Assembly: GCA_963833425.1 (NCBI GenBank)
Contig: CAWHXP010000003.1
Location: 160,001 to 224,000, forward strand
Source of the DNA: an uncultured Methanosarcinaceae archaeon
GTDB taxonomy: Archaea; Halobacteriota; Methanosarcinia; Methanosarcinales; Methanosarcinaceae
Reading direction: 5' to 3'
DNA: 64,000 nt
Of the stretch, positions 54,920-64,000 are shown in pieces. Numbering within the stretch: position 1 is the first letter of the stretch; each line of letters starts with the position of its first letter. The translations under genes and the position numbers were made by a program. The notes under the pieces are model-generated. The model was not told the DNA's origin and searched no databases. It saw only the letters and a program-made list of their open reading frames with translations.

Positions 54920-55077
54920 GAAATTTCATTGTTTATTTCAAAATTGGATGAAAACTATGAAGATCAAAAAGATTCCGAATATATTAGATAATGCCAACTG
55001 AATGAAAATACACTTCGTTTTTTAGCTGATTGTATAATTATCTATTTCTATCTTCCGGACCAATCTTCTAAACAGGT

Positions 55078-55407
55078 GTGATATTTTTGAGTTTCCTGGA
55101 CAAGTTATTTAAAAAAAAAATCGAGGGAAAAACCGTCGAGGAATGGTACTGGATTGCAGTAGGCGAGAATGATCCTGAAAAAAAGATTAAGTACTTTGAT
55201 AATGTTCTCGAATTGAAACCCAGTTTTGCGGGGGTTTGGAACCTCAGAGGACTTGAATTTGTCATCCTGAAAAAATACGAGGATGCAATTAAATCTTTTG
55301 ATAAAGCTCTTGAAATAAGGCCCAGCTACTTGGAAGCGAAGTATAACAAAGAAGACGCAGAGACAGAATTAAGAAAAATCAAGACAGCAGAAAATCTTGA
55401 TGAATAG
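55078..55407 (+). CDS. Small TPR protein
   Basis: KYFDNVLELKP...VWNLRG...KYEDAIKSFDKALEIRP...AKYNK. Confidence 0.85.
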   Translation: MIFLSFLDKLFKKKIEGKTVEEWYWIAVGENDPEKKIKYFDNVLELKPSFAGVWNLRGLEFVILKKYEDAIKSFDKALEIRPSYLEAKYNKEDAETELRKIKTAENLDE

Positions 55408-55467
55408 GGGGAAGAAAAGAAAGAGGAGAAAAATTCGAATAGCTGAATTTTGGCAGAAGACGCGTAT

Positions 55468-56658
55468 TCATTTATTTCTCCGATTAATAGCCTGCAGTCC
55501 TATTTTCAGAGGCTCAGGAAGTTTTCCACACTGCATAGTCTTCATTTGATCAGTAGGAATAAGCTTTAAAGCTGCATTAGTGAGGGTATCGGATTTCATG
55601 ATCCCATCCATGAACCGCCTTATATATACTGAAGTCTCAATTGCATCTCCAATCTGAATTCTCCATTGATGGTCGTATTCTTCAAGCCGACATCTACCTG
55701 CAGTAAATTCTGCGGCAGTTTCACCTGCCACTTTTCCGGCAATCATAGCAGGTGGGATTCCACCTCCGTTTGTCGCAATAATGTGTCCTGCTGCATCCCC
55801 TACAATCAGCGAGTCTTCAGTTGCAGTTCTCTTCGGGGCTCCATTGACCGGAATTATACCTGCAATAACATTCATAAAGATACCGTTTTTCAGCTTTTGG
55901 CTGGCGATAGGATGATCCTGAATGAAACGGTTTAGGTATTCTTTTGCAGACACCCCTTTTTCATTCATTTTGGTTCGGATCCCTAACCCTACATTGGCTC
56001 TATCTTCGCCCTCGGGGAAAATCCAGGCATAGCCTCCGGGAACGAAATTGTTCCCAAAATACATCTCAAGCGAATCTGGATCTATATCCACATTCCTTAC
56101 TTGATATTCCAGAGCCACAGATGTTTCCCTTTCTCCACGCTTGAAAGAGAGACCTTTTGACTTTGCAACCAGAGAATTGGGACCATCGGCTCCAATTATC
56201 GCTTTTGCTCTGATAACGTGTTTCCCATAAATTCCTTTCGTTTCTACAGTTGTACCTTCTACCTTTGTCACGCGGGTTTTGATCACCAGTTCAACCCCCT
56301 CCTTTGCGGCCTTCTCAGCTAGAAATTGGTCATATCTGCGCCTATCGAGAACAGCACCACTGACAGCGAACTCTTTCATACTGCAATTTGGAGAGATGAT
56401 ACGCTGAGTTTTAATACGCTGGAGTATGCAGGAATCAGGATAGTTTTTCAGGAAATTTGGCAGTTTTGCATTAGGAAGAAGGGCCTGGACTTCTGAGGCA
56501 TCGGGGAGAAAGCCTGCACACTGAATGGGACTTCCTAATTCCTTTTTTTTATCAAGAAGAAGGACAGAAGATCCAGTTTCTACCGCATAAAAAGCAGCAG
56601 TAGAACCTGCTGGACCCGCGCCAACGACAATGACATCGTAATAGTCTTTTGGAATCAT
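55468..56658 (-). CDS. Geranylgeranyl reductase family flavoprotein
   Basis: DVIVVGAGPAGS, LDRRRYD, IIGADGPNS, PGGYAWIFP, VGDAAG...NGGGI. Confidence 0.9.
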   Translation of the reverse strand: MIPKDYYDVIVVGAGPAGSTAAFYAVETGSSVLLLDKKKELGSPIQCAGFLPDASEVQALLPNAKLPNFLKNYPDSCILQRIKTQRIISPNCSMKEFAVSGAVLDRRRYDQFLAEKAAKEGVELVIKTRVTKVEGTTVETKGIYGKHVIRAKAIIGADGPNSLVAKSKGLSFKRGERETSVALEYQVRNVDIDPDSLEMYFGNNFVPGGYAWIFPEGEDRANVGLGIRTKMNEKGVSAKEYLNRFIQDHPIASQKLKNGIFMNVIAGIIPVNGAPKRTATEDSLIVGDAAGHIIATNGGGIPPAMIAGKVAGETAAEFTAGRCRLEEYDHQWRIQIGDAIETSVYIRRFMDGIMKSDTLTNAALKLIPTDQMKTMQCGKLPEPLKIGLQAINRRNK

Positions 56659-56747
56659 AAAAAGATATTCCTGTTGTTTATTTAGCCCCTGTAATTTACC
56701 AAAGAATTGTTATTAAACCTCTCTTGAAACGAAGATGATTAATCGTT

Positions 56748-56835
56748 GAAGATTTTGATAAATCCCCCGTTTTTAGCTGATTAGATATAACATTTATAAG
56801 CAATTTGTTGGAATAGGGGGTTTATCGAAATTCTC
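56748..56835. mobile_element. 88-bp IS5-type MITE
   Basis: GAAGATTTTGATAAATCCCC ... GGGGTTTATCGAAATTCTC. Confidence 0.7.
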
Positions 56836-56856
56836 TATTTTGCACGCAGTGAAAAT

Positions 56857-57150
56857 GGCTCTGTAGAAATGCTCTAAATTGAACTTTTACACTATAGTAT
56901 TATAATTATTCCTTTATAATATTTTTCATATATTTTTTGCTAAAAACGAAGGAACATTCAATATTGAAATTTAGTAAGTACATTAAATTTGTTGATACAA
57001 GCCTTGAAACTGTTAAGTTTTCCGGAGTGGACATTTATTCCTGTAAATATTCCAAACATGTTTATACTCAGCATAAACTTTTTGTTCTGGTTTTATTGAA
57101 GGAGTATATTAGTACAGACTATCGAGATTTTGTAGGACTTATTGACCTTA
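56857..57150 (+). mobile_element. 5' fragment of the IS5-family element related to 53922-54919
   Basis: End GGCTCTGTAGAAATG; ORF nearly identical to 54510-54929 (KYSKHVYTQHKLFVLVLLKEYISTDYRDFVGLID) then breaks off. Confidence 0.82.
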
Positions 57151-57466
57151 TTAATCCAATGAAAAAAACCGTACTCATCAAATAAGAAGATAATTATCGC
57201 AAGAGTACAAGGGAATAGCTGAATATTTTAATATTCATCTTCAATCGTATGTCTGCTATAATTAACTCTTTTCTCTGAGTGAGGTGGTATGTGATGCTTG
57301 AATCTTTACTTTGATCATGATTCCTAAAGATGCTGAGATATCTATGAGGCCGTATAAACTTTTCTCGCTTACCACTGTAGTCTTATGAGGAAATTCTTGA
57401 AAAAAAATACCCGAGGATTGATAGGAAAACTAGCTATTAATGATATCTTGAAATAGGTTATTTTTA

Positions 57467-58729
57467 CTAATTAAAAAGTTGATCTATGAACCATTCGGGA
57501 TCGAATTTTTTCAGATCTTCGTAACTTTGCCCTATCCCAAAAAAGAGAATTGGCTTTTCTGTGATATAGGCAATGGAAATACCAGCTCCACCCTTGGCAT
57601 CAGCATCGATTTTTGTAAGAATAGTCCCATCTATTGGCACAGCTTTATTGAAAAGGGCAGCCCTTTCAACTGCATCATTTCCTGCAACTGCTTCATCGAC
57701 AAAAATTATGAGGTCTGGAGTACTTGTCCTGCAAATTTTTTCCATTTGTGCCATGAGATTTAGGTTTGTATGCATACGGCCTGCAGTATCTGAAAGCACG
57801 AAATCTATTTTATGGGCTTTTGCGTACTGAACTGCATCGTAAATAACTGCTGCTGGATCAGCTCCAGGCCGATGCTTAATTATTTTAACTCCTAGCCTGA
57901 TAGCATGAATTTCAAGCTGGTCAATAGCACCTGCTCTGAAAGTATCCCCTGCAGCCAAAATTACTGAATGACCTGACTTGAGTAGCCTGTGAGTCAACTT
58001 TGCAATAGATGTTGTTTTTCCTGTCCCATTAATCCCAACAAAAACAATGTGTACAGGCCTATCTATATTCTCCACGTACTCGTCAAAATCATAGGTATTA
58101 GCAGACACAATTTCCAGTATAGCTTTTTTCAAGGCTGCCTCTACTATTTCTTCTGTATCGCTGCCAATACGTTTTGTGGTACCTGTGAGCTGATTTTTCA
58201 CTGATTCCACAATAGCCTCGGAAACTGACAGAGCAAGATCACTTTCTAGAAGACCCATTTCAAGTTCCCAGAGAGGCTCTTCTAAATCCTTAATATCCAA
58301 ATAGACTTCCCTATTAAAAACCAGAGCTTTTGCTCTCTTTGCAAACCCAACATTAGATACCTTTTTGAAAAAAGATTTTTTTTCCTCAGGTTTTTTATCT
58401 CCATATACTTTTTCTTTCCCAGTATCGATATCTGCAGCTTTTTTTATCCCTTTAGCTCTTTTATTATATTCGACCTTTTTCTGGTCTTCTTTGTCAACAG
58501 TTACAGGCTTAGCCGTTGCATTCTCCATATGTTCGATTTCGGGGCTTTCTCCTCTTAGAACTGAGACAAAATCTGTTTCTTCTAAAACTGGCTCAAGTTC
58601 CCCTTCAGGGACTTCTTCTTTTTCAGGTGCATGTTCAGCTTCGTATTCGATAGCTACTGCTTTCTTTTCAATAGTTTTGCTGAGCGCCTTTTTAAAACTC
58701 CCAAGTTTCTCTTTAAATTTGTTGAACAC
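57467..58729 (-). CDS. ftsY: Signal recognition particle receptor FtsY
   Basis: Likely GTG 58729 (MFNKFKEKLGSF); GINGTGKTT, DTFRAGA, DTAGR, TKIDADAKGG, GIGQSY.DL. Confidence 0.95.
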   Translation of the reverse strand: MFNKFKEKLGSFKKALSKTIEKKAVAIEYEAEHAPEKEEVPEGELEPVLEETDFVSVLRGESPEIEHMENATAKPVTVDKEDQKKVEYNKRAKGIKKAADIDTGKEKVYGDKKPEEKKSFFKKVSNVGFAKRAKALVFNREVYLDIKDLEEPLWELEMGLLESDLALSVSEAIVESVKNQLTGTTKRIGSDTEEIVEAALKKAILEIVSANTYDFDEYVENIDRPVHIVFVGINGTGKTTSIAKLTHRLLKSGHSVILAAGDTFRAGAIDQLEIHAIRLGVKIIKHRPGADPAAVIYDAVQYAKAHKIDFVLSDTAGRMHTNLNLMAQMEKICRTSTPDLIIFVDEAVAGNDAVERAALFNKAVPIDGTILTKIDADAKGGAGISIAYITEKPILFFGIGQSYEDLKKFDPEWFIDQLFN

Positions 58730-58769
58730 AGGATCCATCCAAGAAATATTCAATAAAAAATAAGATATT

Positions 58770-58981
58770 ACAGATTTCGATAAACCTCTGATTTTCACTA
58801 GTCATTTGGATACTATTATATAGGGATAGGACTAAATTTAGAAATTTGTCGAAATCTTCTATCATTTATTAAAATAAAAATTTTTATTCTTCAGAAAATT
58901 TCTGTATAATCCAATTTTGGTTGTTCTTTTATGAAACGTATATAAGCAATTTATTTAGATCGGATGTTTATCGAAATTCTC
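58770..58981. mobile_element. Two adjacent IS5-type MITEs (58770-58859 and 58894-58981)
   Basis: CAGATTTCGATAAAC...TTTGTCGAAATCTTC and GAAAATTTC...GTTTATCGAAATTCTC. Confidence 0.65.
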
Positions 58982-59029
58982 TTTAATAAGTTGAAATCTT
59001 TGATTTAGCTTTTGCTTGAATCAGGCTTT

Positions 59030-59461
59030 TTAAGCCTGCCCAAGCTGCTGAATTTTTGCAGCCTCAACTTCGAGAGCTTGCATACCCTGTATGAATTTAG
59101 TCAGTGAAGCGCTCATCTGTTCGAAAATTTTTGTAAGCTGCTCTTTTCGGCTTTTCAAGGTATCAATAGCTTCATCTGCTGTTTTTTCCACACTAAAGCC
59201 TGCTCCGATGTCTACAATGATCCTGTCCACATTTTTCACTTCGGCATAAACAAATGAGCCAAAACCCACAGGAACCATCGTTTCGGCAATCTTACCTTCT
59301 GCTGAGGCTGCCTTCAGTTCGTTTATGGCTATGATTGTCTGATCGCAGCTTAAAATAGAAGCCTGAATCATGTTCATTTCCTGCCTCAAGGCTTCAGTTT
59401 CCCTCTGGAACTCCTGATATTTGGATGCAAGATTTTTGGCATCTTCACTGATTTCGACCAT
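59030..59461 (-). CDS. pfdA: Prefoldin alpha subunit
   Basis: Coiled coils flanking ETMVPVGFGSFVYAEV...IIVDIGAGFSVEK; conserved synteny. Confidence 0.93.
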   Translation of the reverse strand: MVEISEDAKNLASKYQEFQRETEALRQEMNMIQASILSCDQTIIAINELKAASAEGKIAETMVPVGFGSFVYAEVKNVDRIIVDIGAGFSVEKTADEAIDTLKSRKEQLTKIFEQMSASLTKFIQGMQALEVEAAKIQQLGQA

Positions 59462-59466
59462 ATCCT

Positions 59467-59643
59467 TCACTCCTCAGCAATGCTTTCTATCTGGATCTGG
59501 TTTCTTTTAATACAATGCTTGCTCCCAAAGACAGAATATACCTTATCTATTGCATTTTTCTCATTCTGGCTTTCAACTTTCTTAGTGAAATTTTCCCAGT
59601 TACTTCCTGCTTTAAATTTACCTTTGACAAAAAAATTTTTCAT
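59467..59643 (-). CDS. rpl18a: 50S ribosomal protein L18Ae (LX)
   Basis: [10 protein letters not shown]...FTK.VES.NE..A...[15 protein letters not shown]. Confidence 0.92.
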   Translation of the reverse strand: MKNFFVKGKFKAGSNWENFTKKVESQNEKNAIDKVYSVFGSKHCIKRNQIQIESIAEE

Positions 59644-59697
59644 CTTGGTCACCGCTCTTGATGTAGCTTTATTTCGCAACAATTGAGTGATTAGTGC

Positions 59698-60357
59698 TCA
59701 CTTTATGAATCCGAGTGCTTCTTCGATTCTCCCAAGTTCAGGCCCTGTAGTATCTGAACCTGCTAAATAGCCATTTGAATTAGCAAGCATTCCTGAGCCT
59801 AGCATCTGAGTTCCAAAATTTGTAGTCCCTATACTCACTGGAAGCTCGAAGATTTTTTCCAGAATTTCTCTCTCCGAAGACGTCACTCTCGGATGTACCA
59901 GGAGTCCTTTGTTGGTGACAACTCCCGCCATACCTACATTTTTTATCCCAGCAATTGTTCCTCTATAGACTTCGACCTTAAGAGTTCTTGAAATAGCCTC
60001 AATAGCCCGGTCTGAGAGGTCTGGATGAACGAGGGATGCTGAATCGTTTGCAAGCACAATGTTTCCGACTGCATTCAATCTATCTGGAAGAGCCTCTACG
60101 TTAACTTCAGTTATTTTTTGAAGATTTCTTGCGTTGGTTCCGTATGAAAATAAAAATCCGTTTGAGTTTCCTCTAGAAAGGGCCCCTACAACGACACTAC
60201 CATTCACAAGAATCTCAACTACCCTTACATCCAGAGCCTTCTCAATTCTAGCACAGATATCAAGCTTTGTCAGAGGGGGAACGAGTGCAATATTATTTGT
60301 ACAAGTTGCAAAGACCCCTATCATTGGAGTATCGTAGATGTCAATTGTTCGAATCAT
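59698..60357 (-). CDS. eif6: Translation initiation factor 6 (aIF6)
   Basis: [48 protein letters not shown]. Confidence 0.95.
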   Translation of the reverse strand: MIRTIDIYDTPMIGVFATCTNNIALVPPLTKLDICARIEKALDVRVVEILVNGSVVVGALSRGNSNGFLFSYGTNARNLQKITEVNVEALPDRLNAVGNIVLANDSASLVHPDLSDRAIEAISRTLKVEVYRGTIAGIKNVGMAGVVTNKGLLVHPRVTSSEREILEKIFELPVSIGTTNFGTQMLGSGMLANSNGYLAGSDTTGPELGRIEEALGFIK

Positions 60358-60389
60358 ATTTTTTGGGAATTCACATTTTCGTGTATGTT

Positions 60390-60659
60390 CTACTGGGAAA
60401 GTTCTGCCTGTACCTCTCCATCTGCGAATCTTACAGCTCTGACCCGGATAGAGAGTGGAGGCTTTTCACAACCTTTTTCCCAGAGACGTTCATTAATGGA
60501 TCTGTCCAGCTTAACTTTTACAGACTCGACTTTCATGTGCTTCATGATAAAAATTCTTACCTCAGTAACTGCCCTATTGGCTCTTTTCCATGTAGGTACT
60601 TTTCTTACCGCCCTTAGGGGAATAGTATAGATCTGTTCTTTCACCAAATCTTCTGCCAT
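60390..60659 (-). CDS. rpl31e: 50S ribosomal protein L31e
   Basis: EQIYTIPLR...WKRANRAV...KHMK...[16 protein letters not shown]. Confidence 0.95.
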   Translation of the reverse strand: MAEDLVKEQIYTIPLRAVRKVPTWKRANRAVTEVRIFIMKHMKVESVKVKLDRSINERLWEKGCEKPPLSIRVRAVRFADGEVQAELSQ

Positions 60660-60681
60660 TGTTTTTGTTCACCGTCCTTGC

Positions 60682-60852
<171 letters not shown>

Positions 60853-61085
60853 TTACCTGCAAGTAATTTAGCTCTATTAATATGTGGTTATATCCAGTAA
60901 TTAGATAACTGTGATATTAATCCTTACATAATTGCGGTTCCGCCCGCTGGATAAAAGTAGCTCTCAAAACCATATCCTGTAAATTCTAGGAGAGTTTCAG
61001 TCAATCTGCAAGGGTTGAATATAACTCGATTATCGTATAAATCTTTATTCCAGAATTTCTAATCTACCTTAAAACTCCCGAACCT

Positions 61086-61700
61086 TTATATATCCTTGCA
61101 GGGCTGTTCTTTCCTGGAAAGAACATGGGATTGGATGTGAGCAGGAAATAGTTCCCCTATTTTATCTTCACTGTGTCTTTGTCTGATTAACTCCCTTAGC
61201 TCGTTTTCATAATCCGCTTTCGAAATACTCTCACTTGGACCTTCCTCAATCCTTAAGTAGCGTTCAGCGAGAAAACTCACAGTCTTCCTACTATACCCTC
61301 TCAGGGGGCAAACATACTGAATTTCCAGTCGGTCTTCAATACTTCTCATTTGTGAAATTGAAAGAACAGGAACTTTGTCATCCCTTCTGGTTCCATCAGC
61401 AATGCATTTAACCCCCGGATCTGAAGCAAGGGTTTCTATAGCTTTTTCATGTATATAATTAATAGCGTTTTTAGGAAACCCGTCTTTTATTAATTTCTCA
61501 TATGCCTTTTCAAGGATCTCCCTTTCCAGGAAAAGAATCCGGTGAGGAAACTGCAACACTTTTGCAGTTTTTGCTGCCAGCTCTCCATTGGAAAGCAAAC
61601 CGAAGCTGCACGTAACAAGTTCGATCTCAAAAAACGGTTCCATCAAAAGGGCAGAAAGAGAGCTGTCCTTGCCTCCGCTGAAGAGGATAGAAGTTCTCAT
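61086..61700 (-). CDS. PP-loop ATP pyrophosphatase-like protein of the rps19e-rpl39e cluster
   Basis: LFSGGKDSSL, ADGTRRDD, ADYENELR; conserved archaeal synteny. Confidence 0.85.
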   Translation of the reverse strand: MRTSILFSGGKDSSLSALLMEPFFEIELVTCSFGLLSNGELAAKTAKVLQFPHRILFLEREILEKAYEKLIKDGFPKNAINYIHEKAIETLASDPGVKCIADGTRRDDKVPVLSISQMRSIEDRLEIQYVCPLRGYSRKTVSFLAERYLRIEEGPSESISKADYENELRELIRQRHSEDKIGELFPAHIQSHVLSRKEQPCKDI

Positions 61701-61705
61701 TCTAC

Positions 61706-62065
61706 TTAAATCCGATTTATGGTCGTCTTACGCTTCTTTGGCTGCATCTTCATCAGGAGCTTTTTAAGTTGTTCATCATCTATTTGTGATGGTAAGCGTC
61801 CAGTCTGAGCGAGCGAAATAAGCTGCATTTCAAGCTGTTCACCAAGAGCCGGCCTTGACATCTTCATGGTTGTAAGGCGTTCTCTGGCTTCAGGAGTCAG
61901 AATTTGCCTCAGGATTAGCTGCTTCTGAGCTTCCATATCAGCTCTTGCCTGTTCCTGCTGGTATACTGCCTGCATGTCAGAAGGCTGTTGCTGTACATGC
62001 TGTTTCTGGATTTCTGCGAGCCGTCTCTTTCGAATTTCGTTGAGTTCGTCATCCATTGTAGACAT
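61706..62065 (-). CDS. PDCD5-like DNA-binding protein
   Basis: Likely ATG 62065; [13 protein letters not shown]...[14 protein letters not shown]...LAQTGRL...IDDEQLK. Confidence 0.92.
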   Translation of the reverse strand: MSTMDDELNEIRKRRLAEIQKQHVQQQPSDMQAVYQQEQARADMEAQKQLILRQILTPEARERLTTMKMSRPALGEQLEMQLISLAQTGRLPSQIDDEQLKKLLMKMQPKKRKTTINRI

Positions 62066-62172
62066 GTAAAATCTCCCAAAAAAACCGTTTTCCAGAGCAA
62101 TCTGTATCAAGATAGATAATATATTAGAAAGCACTACTAAACATCGAAAGTCCCCTTCGGAAATAACTCGTC

Positions 62173-62622
62173 TCAGTATTTCACCAGTTCCGGGATTTTA
62201 CCAAGAAGTTCATGCTTTAGCTCATTGGCTGCATTGTCAAGCATTGAACGTCCTTTTGCAGATACTGTTCTTCCGTCCTTTAACTTTTGCAGGTAACCTG
62301 CAGCCTCGAGTTGCTGCACTGCCTTTCTAATAATCGAACCACTACCTTTTGCTTTGTGGCTCGGGCTTGAGCCATTATCCTTCTTCCCACCATATACAGA
62401 GCGAAGCCTCTCAATTCCTACAGGCCCATCAGTATAAATTTTTCTCAGGACTGCAGCACATCTGATATACCACCATTTATCATTGCTCGGGGGAAGTTCC
62501 TTATGAATTCCTGTTTTCACGTTCTCTGCCCACATAGGTGGAACAATATTTTCGTTTTCCTCAAGAAAGGCTGCAACCTTTTCAATGAGTTCCATTGAAG
62601 GGACATCAAATACTGTTGTCAT
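62173..62622 (-). CDS. rps19e: 30S ribosomal protein S19e
   Basis: ATG 62622 after [47 protein letters not shown]. Confidence 0.96.
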   Translation of the reverse strand: MTTVFDVPSMELIEKVAAFLEENENIVPPMWAENVKTGIHKELPPSNDKWWYIRCAAVLRKIYTDGPVGIERLRSVYGGKKDNGSSPSHKAKGSGSIIRKAVQQLEAAGYLQKLKDGRTVSAKGRSMLDNAANELKHELLGKIPELVKY

Positions 62623-64000
62623 AATCTCCTCCTTTTCCAAATTAAGTTATTTTTAGCTCAGGGGCAATGAAGCCGATTTTCCCCTGTCCCCTTCCATAAA
62701 TAAGCTTTTTTCCCGAAACGAGGTAAAAATCCCTATTTCGACACATACTTGCATGTATTAAAGTGGACTTGCTGGACTCTTATTATTTAGGCCTTCTGAC
62801 CCGATAATGCCGATAAATATGATTTTAGTTAAAACTGGAAAGAGGTTGATACATTTCTCAGTTAATATATACATTTTTCGGTGACTCGCCTGGCAAGCTT
62901 ACTAAATGTAATTATTCTTTTTTAAAGGTTTGTGACCAGGCTGGACTTTTCGAAATATAATTTAGAGATACTTTCAAAATTTTATTCAATTTCCAAGGTC
63001 CAAAAAGATTCTATTTGAGCAAAATAAAGGTAGACCTAAAAGGCTTGTGCATAGAAGGTAACAAAAAAATGCTTGAGACTCATTGTCATTGATTTCAAAA
63101 ATCTTATAAATAAATTCGGCTTAAGATAACTTTATAGTTTACCAATAAATAAGTTGGAAGATATTTTGAGGATTCTGTTTCCCTTTATTCCCTTATTCTT
63201 TTCTGGTTTCATTATTCTTCGAGTTTATAGATAGTTTCCTCTAAACTTTAAATGTTCTTATTATTTCCTGGGTTTTGAAAATCTATACATCTTATCAATT
63301 TGATCCGAAACTCGACATTTTTACCAAAATTACGTGGCAAAACTAACGAAATTTTGGTAAAATACATCGTTTTTATCAAAATAATTGTTAGCACAAATCC
63401 AAAATGTTACTACCTTTAGAAATTGAAAATATAAATTTCATAGATGCGAATGTAAATGTTATTAACATGTCGAAAATAAATTGCTCCTTAACTACATCAA
63501 CGATAGCCCCCACTGTATCGATAAGAGATAGTATAATAACACAGAGATACCATTATTGGACCTTATAGCGAAATCACATTATTAACTTCGTCAGTTCTTT
63601 ACTTTAAAGTAATGGTCTGCGACACTGAAATTCGGTTCAGATAACTTTAGAATACCTAATTATATGTCACCTAAACAAAACAATTGGAAGTGGGTTGACG
63701 CGCTTATGGTGTTAATGCACCGGAGATCGATGATATGAGTGCTAACTAAAACGTGTCATTAACGAAAACAATGCTCTTCCTTTAATAAACGACATCTAAA
63801 GTCAATTCTTATCTATCCCCACAAGCGACAATCGTCAATTCCTCCTGAAATCGGGGCTATGGTGCTAAGTCAATGCGGCGAAATCAGGATCAGCGATATC
63901 ATCTTACCAGTGTAATCTGTAATGATTTGAAGCATTTTGCAGATATGGATTGATTATTATTCCAGATTTTTCAGGAACAAGCATCAGGGGGTGATCACAC

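Noticed and set aside
63460..64000. Coding-like sequence at the window end
   Set aside because: Frequent stops in the frames examined and no recognisable motif.

Overview
Archaeal chromosome segment, most likely a Methanosarcina (Methanosarcinaceae-type HdrA2-MvhD/polyferredoxin pair, cobD-cbiB-cobZ-cobS-cobY cluster, rps19e-to-ftsY cluster). Intact housekeeping genes (rfc, secDF, dCMP deaminase, aconitase-family large subunit, pdaD, cob genes, hdrA2, rubrerythrin, taw2, pncB, rnhB, S2P protease, GGR, translation cluster) are separated by long AT-rich spacers full of decaying DNA: IS5, IS6 and IS110 remnants, several MITE families and many pseudogenes. The main novelty candidate is a decayed accessory island at about 9.5-14.5 kb that the ORF track mostly misses. 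It holds a family-A DNA polymerase relic with a downstream palindrome, then a Trypco1 fragment, a trypsin-(deleted NTPase)-APAF1-like helix-WD40 gene, and an overlapping SIR2 + nSTAND1 gene pair, i.e. an NLR/apoptosome-like conflict system. Other candidates: a protein-glutaminase gene with an in-frame amber codon, a DUF362 gene with an ACG start, an unannotated 58-aa Cys4 protein, three IS110 left ends with a conserved non-coding motif, an ~88-bp IS5-derived MITE family, and a sulfatase/SulP deletion junction. All family assignments come from motif recognition by eye; no database search was run. No rRNA, tRNA or CRISPR array was recognised.
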